The notes: a model not told the origin generated them from the letters alone. Counted from the first letter of the stretch, positions 31,522 to 40,285 are shown. The stretch: 64,000 bases of DNA from Patescibacteria group bacterium (GCA_041665085.1 JBAYJO010000004.1:20004-84003); one strand, 5' to 3'. Translations and numbers: made by a program.

Positions 31522-31845
31522 ATGACTATGTCGCAACGAATACAAAAAATAAATAAATTAATTCAAGAAGAGCTAACGAATTTTTTAAGAAATGAGTATG
31601 CAGAAAAAGGTATTTTTAGTATTTTGGAAGTTTTTGTAAATGATGATCTATCGCTAGCAAAAGTATACATAGATGTATTAAAATTAAATATAGATAACAA
31701 AAAATTTGAAGAAATGCTAAACAGAAAAGCTTTTTATTTCCGTCAGCTTCTTAAAAAACGAATGGTAAGCAAGAAAGTACCACAACTCGTCTTCTATGTC
31801 ATTTCTGAAGCTCCAGAAGACGTTCTAATAGATATTAAAGAATGA
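31522..31845 (+). CDS. rbfA: ribosome-binding factor A
   Basis: RbfA-like blocks: SQRIQKINKLIQEEL, LAKVYIDV, VPQLVFY. Confidence 0.75.
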   Translation: MTMSQRIQKINKLIQEELTNFLRNEYAEKGIFSILEVFVNDDLSLAKVYIDVLKLNIDNKKFEEMLNRKAFYFRQLLKKRMVSKKVPQLVFYVISEAPEDVLIDIKE

Positions 31846-32216
31846 AAGTAAGATCCACCCTATTTTCAATATTTTCAACCACTCTTCTCGCTTTTGGCGT
31901 TTGGTTGGTAGTTTTTTTTAATTTTTCTCCACTTAATGCCGATAAATTAACCTTTGCAGCATTTTACGGTAGTCTCTTCCTTTGGCTTACGGGCATAATT
32001 ACCTTTGCGCTTTTCTACACAAAAGTATATCTTAGTAATAAGGAAGTAGTTTTTTCCATCCTTGCGCCATCAGCCAGACAGGCTACGCTAATTGCCGGAG
32101 GGTTAGTTAGTCTTTTGTTTTTTCAAGGAATTGGTGTCTTGAGTTGGTGGGAAGCAGGACTTTGGATTTCGTCACTATTGCTTCTTGAAATGTATTTCCG
32201 GTCAGAAAAAGGATAG
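31842..32216 (+). CDS. small membrane protein (3-4 TM), unknown function
   Basis: Hydrophobic segments. Start overlaps the rbfA stop by 4 bp. Confidence 0.55.
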   Translation: MKVRSTLFSIFSTTLLAFGVWLVVFFNFSPLNADKLTFAAFYGSLFLWLTGIITFALFYTKVYLSNKEVVFSILAPSARQATLIAGGLVSLLFFQGIGVLSWWEAGLWISSLLLLEMYFRSEKG

Positions 32217-32228
32217 ATAAAATTAATA

Positions 32229-32409
32229 AATTTCTAATTTCTAACAAATGAACAATAACCAATTAACAAAAAAATATTTAAAAATCCAAAATTTCTTAAG
32301 CATTTGTATTTTGATATTTTGAATTTATTTAGAAATTAGTAATTAGGAATTATCATACACAGTCGAATCCATATTGATTAGAAATTAGAAATTAGTAATT
32401 AGGAATTAT
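32229..32409. repeat. Cluster of 7-bp-periodic AT-rich repeats (NNAATTA)n: one inverted copy (32229-32248) and two forward copies (32329-32353, 32378-32409) upstream of pheS
   Basis: TTAGAAATTAGTAATTAGGAATTAT occurs twice. Related copies lie at 36273-36300 and 63866-63990. Confidence 0.7.
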
Positions 32410-32414
32410 ATATT

Positions 32415-33104
32415 ATGCAAACTGGTCATCTTCATCCAACAACAATGTTTATGCGTAAAATTGTAAATCATTTTGTGCGTCAAGGATTTAAGGTTGCTGA
32501 AGGTCCTGAAGCTGAAACTGAATGGCACAATTTCGATTTTTTAAATGTATCAGCCGACCATCCATCTCGTGATGCTCAAGATACATTTTGGCTTGACAAA
32601 GAAAAGCTGCTCCGAACTCATACAACATCGGTTCAAGGAAGAATAGTTAATCCTGAATCAAGCATAAAACCTCCGCTTAGATACATTATGCCGGGTAAAA
32701 TCTTCAGAAACGAAGCTACGGATCAGACGCATGAAGCAATTTTCTACCAAATCGACGGTTTTGCTATTGATAAAGATATAAAATTAACTGATTTACTAGG
32801 CGAGCTTGAGAATCTATTCAAATCAATACTAGGGCCTGATACAAAAATCAGATTTAGACCACATCTTTTCCCTTTTGTAGAACCAGGAGTTGAAATGGAT
32901 TTATTCTTTAAAGGTAGATGGATGGAGCTTCTTGGTGCCGGTATGATTCATCCGAAAGTTTTGCAAAATATGGGTCTTGATCCGGCTGAATGGCAAGGTT
33001 TTGCCTTTGGCCTTGGTCTTGATCGATTTTTAATGGCATATTATGGCATTGAAGATATCAGATTGTTCCATAAAAATGATTTGCGCTTTTTGCAGCAATT
33101 TTAA
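32415..33104 (+). CDS. pheS: phenylalanine--tRNA ligase alpha subunit, catalytic core only (229 aa)
   Basis: Class II motifs (FRPHLFPFVEPGVEMD, GAGMIHPKVL, GFAFGLGLDR). The ORF begins at the GHLHP block, so it lacks the usual N-terminal arm of about 100 aa. Confidence 0.88.
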   Translation: MQTGHLHPTTMFMRKIVNHFVRQGFKVAEGPEAETEWHNFDFLNVSADHPSRDAQDTFWLDKEKLLRTHTTSVQGRIVNPESSIKPPLRYIMPGKIFRNEATDQTHEAIFYQIDGFAIDKDIKLTDLLGELENLFKSILGPDTKIRFRPHLFPFVEPGVEMDLFFKGRWMELLGAGMIHPKVLQNMGLDPAEWQGFAFGLGLDRFLMAYYGIEDIRLFHKNDLRFLQQF

Positions 33105-33107
33105 TTC

Positions 33108-33242
33108 CACTGTCATTCCAAACTCGCAGCTACGCCAGCTGATAGAGTTGCTCGAGCCCGCCCGGGCTTAGGAGAAATATGGAAACCATTCCCCCTTGTC
33201 ATTCCAGACAGGAAGCAAAGCGTTCCTGATCTGGAATCCATA
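33108..33242. repeat. GC-rich palindromic mini-element(s) with TGTCATTCC...GGAATCCAT ends in the pheS-pheT spacer
   Basis: Local GC is far above the surroundings. Nested inverted repeats AGCCCG/CGGGCT, ATGGAAACCAT and TTCCAGACAGGAA/TTCCTGATCTGGAA. The TGTCATTCC motif appears 3 times counting the copy inside pheT. Confidence 0.5.
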
Positions 33243-33269
33243 AAATAGTAAATAATAATTAGGAGAAAA

Positions 33270-33467
33270 ATGAATAAATTAATAAAAAAACTAGGCTGGT
33301 TATTCATCGGTTTCGGCATCGGATTGATTATTAATCCAAAAGATAATTTAATTACAGTTCTGGCAATATTAATTATGATTGCCGGTTTTGTTTTTGCCTT
33401 CTTCATGTCAGATCGTAAAAAAACCGCCCCAAAAGAAGAAAATTATGAAGAAAATAATAAACAATAA
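33270..33467 (+). CDS. 65-aa two-TM membrane peptide
   Basis: RBS AGGAG upstream. Two hydrophobic helices. Preferred over the antisense ORF 33113..33406. Confidence 0.4.
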   Translation: MNKLIKKLGWLFIGFGIGLIINPKDNLITVLAILIMIAGFVFAFFMSDRKKTAPKEENYEENNKQ

Positions 33468-33525
33468 CCAATTTTGACTTTATGGACTTTATAAACTTTT
33501 AAATTAGCGACTACAAGGAGCGTTC

Positions 33526-35508
33526 GTGTTAATCCCGATCAAATGGCTTAAACAATTTACTGAAACAGAAAAAAGCGACCAAGAGATCGCAGATATTTTG
33601 CTATTTTCCGGAACCAATATTGAATCAGTTGAAAATGGTGTAATTGATGCTGAAATAACAGCAAATAGACCAGATTGTCTGTCAATTTATGGCACAGCCA
33701 GAGAATATGCAGCAATGTCCAAAGAAGAACTACTTCCGCTTGAAATTTCTCAAATTGATATTTCCACTTTTTGTCATTCCCGCGAAAGCGGGAATCCAGT
33801 TGAAAATGGATTCCATTCGCTAGCTTCTGATACGGCTGATAATATTGAAATCCAAATCGAATCTTCTGATATTTGCCCAAGATATTGTGGTTATGCAATT
33901 AAAAATATACAAATTATGGAATCGCCCGACTGGATGAAAGAAAGACTACAAGCAGCCGGTATGCGACCAATTAACAACATTGTTGATATCACAAACTATA
34001 TTATGCTTGAAACCGGCCAGCCGCTTCATGCATTTGATTTTGATAAAATAAAAAATAGCCCAATGTTGGTTCGCAAAGCAAAAGACGGCGAAATGGTTAA
34101 AACTCTTGATCAAATTGAAAGAAAACTGGACAACGATGCTATTGTGATTGAAAATAACGGCAAGATAGTTGATTTAACTGGTATAATGGGTGGAGCTGAA
34201 TCAGAAATAGATTTAAATACTAAAAACATATTTCTTCAAGCCGCAATATTTAATCCGGTGATGATTAGAAGGACAAGTAAAAGAACCAAACTCTCAACTG
34301 AAGCATCATATAGATACGAGCGTGGTGTTGATATGGAGAAAGCATTAGATTATCTGAAAAGAGCTGCAAACTTATTTAAGGATCTTGCAAATGGTGAAAT
34401 CATCCAAGAAATTGATATATATAAAGAACCGCTCAAGCCTTTTGAAATTACTTGGTCGCTTTCCAAAGCCGAAAGCCTGCTTGGTGTCGAGCTTAAGGCA
34501 GAAGAAGTAATTAATAACTTAAAAAGACTTCAAATTGAAACCTCAAAAACAGGTGATGACACTTTTGTTTCAAAAGCTCCATCGCACAGAATGGATCTTT
34601 GTCTTCCGGAAGATATTTACGAAGAAATTATTAGGTTTTATCCGGTAAATGATCTAGTAAAAACTACTCTTAAACCAATTGAAAATAAAGAAGAAAAATC
34701 ATTCTTCTCGTTTAAAGAATATGTTAAAGATATCTTAGCTGAACTTGGATTAACGGAAATATATGGTTATTCATTCTTGTCAAAAAAAGATTTAGATTCC
34801 ACTTCTCAAACAGGCATTGTAAAAATCGATAACCCAATGTCAGAAGAGCATGAATATTTAAGACCATCGCTACTCTTTGATATGTTAACTGCTGTTTTTA
34901 GAAATCCATCTTTTGATCCGATTGCTATCTTTGAAGTTGGTCATGTATTTACATCAGAGGACGAAAAAGAAAAACTTGGAATTATGATTGCTGGGCGAGG
35001 ATCAGATCATTTAGAATCAGTTACGGATCAATTACTTAAAAATATCGAAGCAGAAGCAGAAATTAAGGTTATTGATATAGATGAAAATATTTTAAATAAA
35101 CTTAAGATTAGAAAAAAGAATGTTAGATATTTAGAGATTGATCTTGAAGAACTGTATAATTCAACTAAACTTACAACTTTTAATTATAAAGTTAAAGATA
35201 TGGATCAAAAATATACAGAAATTGCCAAATTCCCATCAGTAAATCGAGATATTGCCATTATTGTAGATGATTCCATTGATCCAAGTCTAATTTCAACTAA
35301 AATTAAGCAAACTGATAACATGGTCAAGAGTGTTGAACTTTTCGATCAATATATATCAGATAAATTTGGAATTGGTAAAAAATCACTTGCATACCACATC
35401 TTGTATCAATCAGACGAAAAAACACTAAATGATGTGGAAGTAACCAAAATTCATAATCAAATTGTGGTTAATCTAGAAAATGAATTTAACGCAAAATTAA
35501 GAGATTAA
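33526..35508 (+). CDS. pheT: phenylalanine--tRNA ligase beta subunit (short form, 660 aa)
   Basis: GTG start after RBS AAGGAG. B3/B4 and B5 domain similarity. The C-terminus looks like the anticodon-binding-like domain. Confidence 0.85.
   Translation: MLIPIKWLKQFTETEKSDQEIADILLFSGTNIESVENGVIDAEITANRPDCLSIYGTAREYAAMSKEELLPLEISQIDISTFCHSRESGNPVENGFHSLASDTADNIEIQIESSDICPRYCGYAIKNIQIMESPDWMKERLQAAGMRPINNIVDITNYIMLETGQPLHAFDFDKIKNSPMLVRKAKDGEMVKTLDQIERKLDNDAIVIENNGKIVDLTGIMGGAESEIDLNTKNIFLQAAIFNPVMIRRTSKRTKLSTEASYRYERGVDMEKALDYLKRAANLFKDLANGEIIQEIDIYKEPLKPFEITWSLSKAESLLGVELKAEEVINNLKRLQIETSKTGDDTFVSKAPSHRMDLCLPEDIYEEIIRFYPVNDLVKTTLKPIENKEEKSFFSFKEYVKDILAELGLTEIYGYSFLSKKDLDSTSQTGIVKIDNPMSEEHEYLRPSLLFDMLTAVFRNPSFDPIAIFEVGHVFTSEDEKEKLGIMIAGRGSDHLESVTDQLLKNIEAEAEIKVIDIDENILNKLKIRKKNVRYLEIDLEELYNSTKLTTFNYKVKDMDQKYTEIAKFPSVNRDIAIIVDDSIDPSLISTKIKQTDNMVKSVELFDQYISDKFGIGKKSLAYHILYQSDEKTLNDVEVTKIHNQIVVNLENEFNAKLRD
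33773..33815 (+). repeat. Double-hairpin GC-rich element inside pheT coding sequence (GTCATTCCCGCGAAAGCGGGAATCCAGTTGAAAATGGATTCCAT)
   Basis: Two perfect 8-bp hairpins: ATTCCCGC-GAAA-GCGGGAAT and GGAATCCA-N8-TGGATTCC. It shares GTCATTCC / GGAATCCA ends with the intergenic element at 33108-33242. It encodes the in-frame peptide HSRESGNPVENGFH. Confidence 0.5.
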
Positions 35509-35558
35509 AATTATATTTAATCATTAAAACATTTTAAATTAATTAGAAATTTATAACT

Positions 35559-36266
35559 ATGCTTGAAAGAATTCAAAAAATTATCGCTGCTTCTGGTTAT
35601 TGTTCTAGGCGAAAAGCTGAAGAACTAATAAAAGAACAGAAAGTTAAGGTAAATGGGAAGATTATTTCTTTGGGCTTTAAAGTTGAGCCTGATAAATGTG
35701 AAATTTTAATTGATAATCAGCCAATCGCTTCAAAAGAAAATTTTGTCTATTTTGCTTTAAATAAACCTCGAGGGTTTACTTCAACCCTAAGCGATCCCCA
35801 TGCTAAAAAAACCGTTACAACTCTAGTTCGAGAGGACGCAAGAATATTTCCTGTGGGCAGACTAGATAAAGACTCTGAAGGACTAATCATTTTAACTAAT
35901 GATGGTGAATTTGCCAATCTCTTGACTCATCCAAAATTTGAACACGAAAAAGAATATGCAGTTCTCGCATCATATAGAAAAGGAACTCCTCGAGAAGAAT
36001 TACTCAAAAAACTGGAAAAAATGGAAAGCGGAGTAATGATTGAAGACAAGAAAACCTCGCCTGCTAAAATCACTTTAATTAAGGCTTCAAATCTGATAGA
36101 ATTTAATATAGTGATCCACGAAGGACGCAAAAGACAGATTCGCCAAATGTGCAGTTCGGTTGGTTTTAATGTTGAAAGATTAACAAGAATTCGAATTGGT
36201 AAACTTGAACTTGGCGAACTAAAATCAGGCAAATATCGAAGTATTAGTAGAGAAGAAGTGGTGTAA
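35559..36266 (+). CDS. rluB: pseudouridine synthase, RsuA/RluB family (S4 domain + catalytic domain)
   Basis: Catalytic motif RLDKDSEGLIILTNDG. N-terminal S4-like domain. Confidence 0.85.
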   Translation: MLERIQKIIAASGYCSRRKAEELIKEQKVKVNGKIISLGFKVEPDKCEILIDNQPIASKENFVYFALNKPRGFTSTLSDPHAKKTVTTLVREDARIFPVGRLDKDSEGLIILTNDGEFANLLTHPKFEHEKEYAVLASYRKGTPREELLKKLEKMESGVMIEDKKTSPAKITLIKASNLIEFNIVIHEGRKRQIRQMCSSVGFNVERLTRIRIGKLELGELKSGKYRSISREEVV

Positions 36267-36272
36267 ATAATC

Positions 36273-36300
36273 AATTACTAATTCCTAATTAGTAATTAAT
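36273..36300. repeat. Copy of the heptad AT-rich repeat (AATTACTAATTCCTAATTAGTAATTAAT)
   Basis: Its reverse complement contains AATTAGGAATTAGTAATT, the same units as 32329-32409. More ATAACCAAT / GGTTATT inverted repeats lie downstream at 36300-36440. Confidence 0.6.
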
Positions 36301-36468
36301 AACCAATAATCAAGAAACAATCACCAGAAAATATATCAATAATCAATAAACCAAATAAAATTGGAATTGTTTGAATATTGATATTTGAAAAATTGGTTAT
36401 TAACTGGTTATTGATGATTGTACCTTGGTTATTATAAAATATTAATTTAAATTATCCTAGGAGATTCC

Positions 36469-37857
36469 ATGCAACGAACACTAACCAAAAATTTATCAGA
36501 AAATATTGGTAAACAGGTCAACGTATTGGGTTGGGTAAACACCAGACGAGATCATGGTAAAATCATCTTTATTGATGCCCGCGATCGATGGGGGATAGTT
36601 CAGTGTGTCTTTGTTCCGGGAAATGAAGCATATGAAACCGGTCAAAAACTTCGCACAGAATTTGTAGTGTCACTTAAAGGTTTAGTCAAAAAAAGACCGG
36701 AAAGTATGATCAATACTAAAATAGCAACCGGTGAAATTGAACTTGAAGTTCAAGAATGTGAAATTTTAAATGAATCAGAAACTGTACCATTTGAAATTGA
36801 TAAAGATACAAAAGATACAAATGAAGAAACTCGCCTGAAATACAAATATTTAGATATAAGAAGTGAGAGAATTAAAGAAAGCCTGTGTAAACGAGCTGAG
36901 CTAATTGGATTTATTAGAAATTATTTAGCCGAGCGAGAATTTATTGAAATCGAAACCCCTATGCTTACCAAATCAACTCCGGAAGGCGCCAGAGACTATG
37001 TCGTTCCGTCCCGTCTTCAGGCCGGCAATTTCTATGCTCTTCCTCAATCCCCACAACAATTTAAGCAGCTGCTTATGGTCGGTGGCATTGAGAGATATTT
37101 TCAAATTGCAAAATGCTTGAGAGATGAAGATTCAAGAGGCGACAGACAACCGGAACATACCCAGCTTGATATTGAAATGAGCTTTTTTTCGCGCGACGAG
37201 CTGCTTGATCTGGTTGAAAATTTAATGATTGAAACAATTAAAAAAACTTATCCTGAAAAAAAACTTACATTTACACCTTTTAAGAGACTAACTCACAAAG
37301 AATCAATGGAGCAATATAAAACAGATAAACCGGATTTAAGAGTTGATAAAAATAATCCGGATGAATTAGCATTTGTCTGGATTTTAGATTTTCCACTTTT
37401 TGAAAGAAACGACAAAGGAGAATTAACCTATTCACATAATCCATTTACCTCACCAAAAAAAGATGAAATTGAATTTGTGATGAAAGGTGAAAAACTCGAG
37501 GAACTCTCATCAGAACAATACGACCTAGCCTGCAATGGCTATGAAATCGGCAGCGGTAGCATCCGAATTAACCAACCGGAAATTCTTGAGAAAATATTTG
37601 AAATCTTAGGCCATTCTAAAGAGAAGACCAAAGAACAGTTCGGTCACATTCTTCAAGCCTTTAAATATGGCGCACCTCCTCATGGTGGAATTGCTTGGGG
37701 ACTTGATCGTTTAGTTATGATTCTTCAAAACGAACCAAACATCAGAGAAGTAATTGCCTTTCCAAAAACAGGAGATGGTCGAGATCTAATGATGTCCGCT
37801 CCAAGTGAAATTTCCGATCTACAGCTCAAAGAACTTCATTTGCAAATTAAGAAATAA
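36469..37857 (+). CDS. aspS: aspartate--tRNA ligase, short bacterial form without the GAD insertion domain
   Basis: OB-fold N-terminus. Motif 2 FRDEDSRGDRQPEHTQLDIEMSF; QSPQQFKQLLMVGG; motif 3 GAPPHGGIAWGLDRLVM. 462 aa versus about 590 in typical bacteria. Confidence 0.85.
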   Translation: MQRTLTKNLSENIGKQVNVLGWVNTRRDHGKIIFIDARDRWGIVQCVFVPGNEAYETGQKLRTEFVVSLKGLVKKRPESMINTKIATGEIELEVQECEILNESETVPFEIDKDTKDTNEETRLKYKYLDIRSERIKESLCKRAELIGFIRNYLAEREFIEIETPMLTKSTPEGARDYVVPSRLQAGNFYALPQSPQQFKQLLMVGGIERYFQIAKCLRDEDSRGDRQPEHTQLDIEMSFFSRDELLDLVENLMIETIKKTYPEKKLTFTPFKRLTHKESMEQYKTDKPDLRVDKNNPDELAFVWILDFPLFERNDKGELTYSHNPFTSPKKDEIEFVMKGEKLEELSSEQYDLACNGYEIGSGSIRINQPEILEKIFEILGHSKEKTKEQFGHILQAFKYGAPPHGGIAWGLDRLVMILQNEPNIREVIAFPKTGDGRDLMMSAPSEISDLQLKELHLQIKK

Positions 37858-37863
37858 TAAAAA

Positions 37864-37893
37864 TAAACAATTGGACGGTGTTGTCTCCAACAC
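37864..37893 (-). terminator. Perfect 13-bp hairpin TTGGACGGTGTTG-TCTC-CAACACCGTCCAA with T-run on the minus strand
   Basis: Sits between convergent aspS and the minus-strand gene 37926..38846. Confidence 0.55.
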
Positions 37894-37925
37894 CGTCCAA
37901 GTCAGTACACGAGGCAGAATGGGGT

Positions 37926-38846
37926 TCATTCGCTACTCTTATCCGAGTGAAGCTGGCAAGCCAAGCGCTCACGCGCTGCGAGCAAAGACCGAACTGTTTG
38001 CGGTTGCAAACCCGTACTCCAGTATTTCTTTCGATGCTCCCCATTCGCCACTTCGTCTAGGAACTGATCTATTGCGGGTCGAGAAGTAAACCAATGGCCG
38101 CTTTTGCGTTTGGCATGAAGCATTTTGCGGCCAAACATCGTTAGCAGCTTCTTGTATGTAATCTCGATCAGAAGTTCGTGAGCTTGTTCTGAAGAAAGTT
38201 CTCCCTCTTTCTGAAGCCAGTTTCGCTGACCGGCTTTTTGCCGCCTCTTCTTCTTCAGCTCTGGCATGATTTTGGCAATCTCTGGCAGATCCTCCCTCAT
38301 TACAGCCGAACGGCCGAAGATGTCCTCGCCTTTCGCTACTTTGAGAATATCTCTATTCATGTAGTTTCTCAAGCAGTTATCAGAAACACGAAGACCCAAT
38401 TTCTTCAACTCTACGACTGCAGTCGAATAGCTAACCCAGCAACAAACAGCAGTGCTTATACGTAGCGCTTCGTCTGCTTGGACAAACCAGTGCCCACCGC
38501 AAGTACCACGACGATGAGGGTCGAGAACCTTTACTCCAATGATCTTATTGGTATATACAAGATAATTGGGCTTCTTGATCCTGATCAGCTTAGCCAGATC
38601 CGCCAAAAAGCATCCTTCAGCGTGAGACTGTAAGAACTGCCAAACTGTATAAGGCAGGCCATTCACATATTGCACTGTTTCGTCTGGCAATATCGGTTCT
38701 GCACATGACTCGTCTTCATCTACCTCAAGTTCCTTTGCAACAATCGGAACAGGGGCAGACAACTTAGCTCGGCAGCCGATACACAAATCATTGCCTGGTA
38801 TAGCATCGCATAGACAAGATGCATAATTCTTGCATAGTCGAGACAT
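37926..38846 (-). CDS. hypothetical Cys-rich protein in GC-rich foreign patch
   Basis: 306-aa uninterrupted ORF in a patch of about 50% GC. N-terminal CxxxxxCxC...CxxC cluster. No family recognised. Confidence 0.5.
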   Translation of the reverse strand: MSRLCKNYASCLCDAIPGNDLCIGCRAKLSAPVPIVAKELEVDEDESCAEPILPDETVQYVNGLPYTVWQFLQSHAEGCFLADLAKLIRIKKPNYLVYTNKIIGVKVLDPHRRGTCGGHWFVQADEALRISTAVCCWVSYSTAVVELKKLGLRVSDNCLRNYMNRDILKVAKGEDIFGRSAVMREDLPEIAKIMPELKKKRRQKAGQRNWLQKEGELSSEQAHELLIEITYKKLLTMFGRKMLHAKRKSGHWFTSRPAIDQFLDEVANGEHRKKYWSTGLQPQTVRSLLAARERLACQLHSDKSSE

Positions 38847-38983
38847 AGTGAACGCCTCCGTTCGTTTGGTTTGAATAAACCTTAATTAAAATATACAGAA
38901 ATTTCAAGAAATAGCAATACGATAGCAATAATTTATATTCAAAAAATATTATTAAAAATTTCATAAATTTTATATATAATAGT

Positions 38984-39012
38984 TGGACAAAAAGCATATT
39001 AACTGGTATAAT
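38984..39012 (+). promoter_or_regulatory. sigma70-like promoter TGGACA-N17-TATAAT in the AT-rich divergent spacer of the GC-rich patch
   Basis: TGGACA at 38984-38989 and TATAAT at 39007-39012. RBS GAAGGAGG before ATG 39043. Confidence 0.5.
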
Positions 39013-39042
39013 ATATACATTGACTTGAAGGAGGACGATCAC

Positions 39043-39642
39043 ATGTCTCTGTGTTGCAGTAATTGTCAACGCGTTATGGCTCCAAGTACACAACTGCCGG
39101 GTACAGATGGTGTTATCATCACACCAAAACTAGTTGCCAACGGGTTCAAAGTCGAGCAGGGCAGCGATATCATTTGGCATCCGGTATATGCCACAGGACC
39201 GATTGAGGCAGCACTCTGTTTTGAGTGCGTGTTTTCAAAGGGTGTGGAGACTCAACCGGGAAAGATCGCTCTGATCCGAAGAATGTATAAACTCGAGGAT
39301 CATTACTGTGAGTTTCTCAACCTCGCAAAAACTCGCGGTTTGTCTGGACAAGAAAGTACAGAAAGCACTCTGCTAGGGAAGCAGATTACAGAGTTCTGTA
39401 GTCAGCTCGGATTGGCAGAATGTCTTTTCTGCCATGAAACATTGGAGACATTCAAGTCTCCAATGTTCATGGCAAAGATGTTCGATCGATACAAAGCAAG
39501 ACAGTCCCCCGGTTTTCAGCTGACCGGAAACTACCAATGGAGCAACTACGAAACAGGACACTACCTGTTCGGAGTCTGCTTCGGATGCTTCTCGAAACTC
39601 TACCTACCGTCATTGACCAAGCTTGGTTACCTGAAGTCCTAG
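39043..39642 (+). CDS. hypothetical Cys-rich protein (199 aa) in GC-rich foreign patch
   Basis: Strong RBS GAAGGAGG. Multiple CxxC pairs (CCSNC, CFEC, CLFC, CFGC). Hairpin terminator at 39671-39701. Confidence 0.55.
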   Translation: MSLCCSNCQRVMAPSTQLPGTDGVIITPKLVANGFKVEQGSDIIWHPVYATGPIEAALCFECVFSKGVETQPGKIALIRRMYKLEDHYCEFLNLAKTRGLSGQESTESTLLGKQITEFCSQLGLAECLFCHETLETFKSPMFMAKMFDRYKARQSPGFQLTGNYQWSNYETGHYLFGVCFGCFSKLYLPSLTKLGYLKS

Positions 39643-39670
39643 CCAGCTAACCGAATTGGGTCAATAGACC

Positions 39671-39708
39671 AACGCCCGATCGGTTTATCTCATCGGGCGT
39701 TTGCATTT
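39671..39708 (+). terminator. Hairpin AACGCCCGAT-N11-ATCGGGCGTT followed by TGCATTT
   Basis: 10-bp GC-rich stem immediately after the 39642 stop. Confidence 0.5.
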
Positions 39709-39831
39709 CATGAGAACAAGAACGATAATGAGTCTGTCGACAAATGCGCTTTTGAAGCGAAAGTGTCAGTTTACAGCCCGCCTAGACTCGTCTCGATTCG
39801 AATCGAAACTATTTAGTCGAGGCTGGCCAGA

Positions 39832-40131
39832 ATGGTATTTGTCGACAGGGTCAATAATTGCAAAGGGGGTGATGAGGCCGTGCTGGTCATTTTGAGAATA
39901 ATTGCAGCAGTAGGCATGATCGTCTTTCTGCTTGCGGGCGTATGTCTGTCCATTGTCGCATTTGTGTTGATTATGCGAAACAGCATACTGACAACGCTTG
40001 GGTTGCTTGCTCTATCTTCGCTATCCCTACGGGTAAGCATGTGTTTCTGCGAGCTGTTTAGCTATGCAGATAGAATGTACTGGAACAAGCATTGGGCTAG
40101 GTTCTTAGGTTTCACGAAAACCAAAGCCTAG
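39832..40131 (+). CDS. small two-TM membrane protein (likely GTG start near 39877)
   Basis: RBS AAGGGGGTGA. Hydrophobic segments. CCTAGCCAGC direct repeats at 39637-39650 and 40127-40139 flank it. Confidence 0.35.
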   Translation: MVFVDRVNNCKGGDEAVLVILRIIAAVGMIVFLLAGVCLSIVAFVLIMRNSILTTLGLLALSSLSLRVSMCFCELFSYADRMYWNKHWARFLGFTKTKA

Positions 40132-40252
40132 CCAGCAATAGTAACTCTGGGGCGGAATCGATTTCCGCCTCAACTCTTAAATATTAGAATGAATTGATAA
40201 AAAATATGTGGGAAGATTAGATAAAAATATTATAAAAATTAAAAATATAAAT

Positions 40253-40285
40253 ATACGAACAAAATACGAACTTATCCACATATTG
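40253..40285 (+). repeat. Left copy of 33-bp imperfect direct repeat ATACGAACAA..CGAACTTATCCACAT (partner at 54636-54668)
   Basis: 28 of 33 positions are identical to the right copy, including a 15-bp exact core CGAACTTATCCACAT. Together they bracket the R-M/defense island. Confidence 0.7.

Noticed and set aside
33196-33242. Possible SRP (4.5S) RNA domain-IV-like motif CAGGAAGCA in the hairpin TTCCAGACAGGAAGCAAAGCGTTCCTGATCTGGAA
   Set aside because: It shows only a loose resemblance to the GGAAGCAG symmetric loop and lacks a GNRA tetraloop. A location between pheS and pheT is atypical. It is better explained as part of the repeat element.
33113-33406. 97-aa minus-strand ORF across the pheS-pheT spacer
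   Set aside because: Its C-terminal half is the translation of the GC-rich palindromic element. Its hydrophobic half is the antisense of the better-supported plus-strand membrane peptide 33270..33467, which has an RBS.
37805-38089. Plus-strand ORFs 37805..38089 and 37878..38060 and minus-strand ORF 37847..38044 in the GC-rich patch
   Set aside because: They overlap the terminator hairpin and the 3' end of the longer 306-aa minus-strand ORF. GC-rich sequence spawns spurious ORFs.
39701-39895. 64-aa ORF 39701..39895
   Set aside because: It starts inside the terminator hairpin region, lacks an RBS and has a Arg/Ser-rich odd composition. It is likely non-coding.
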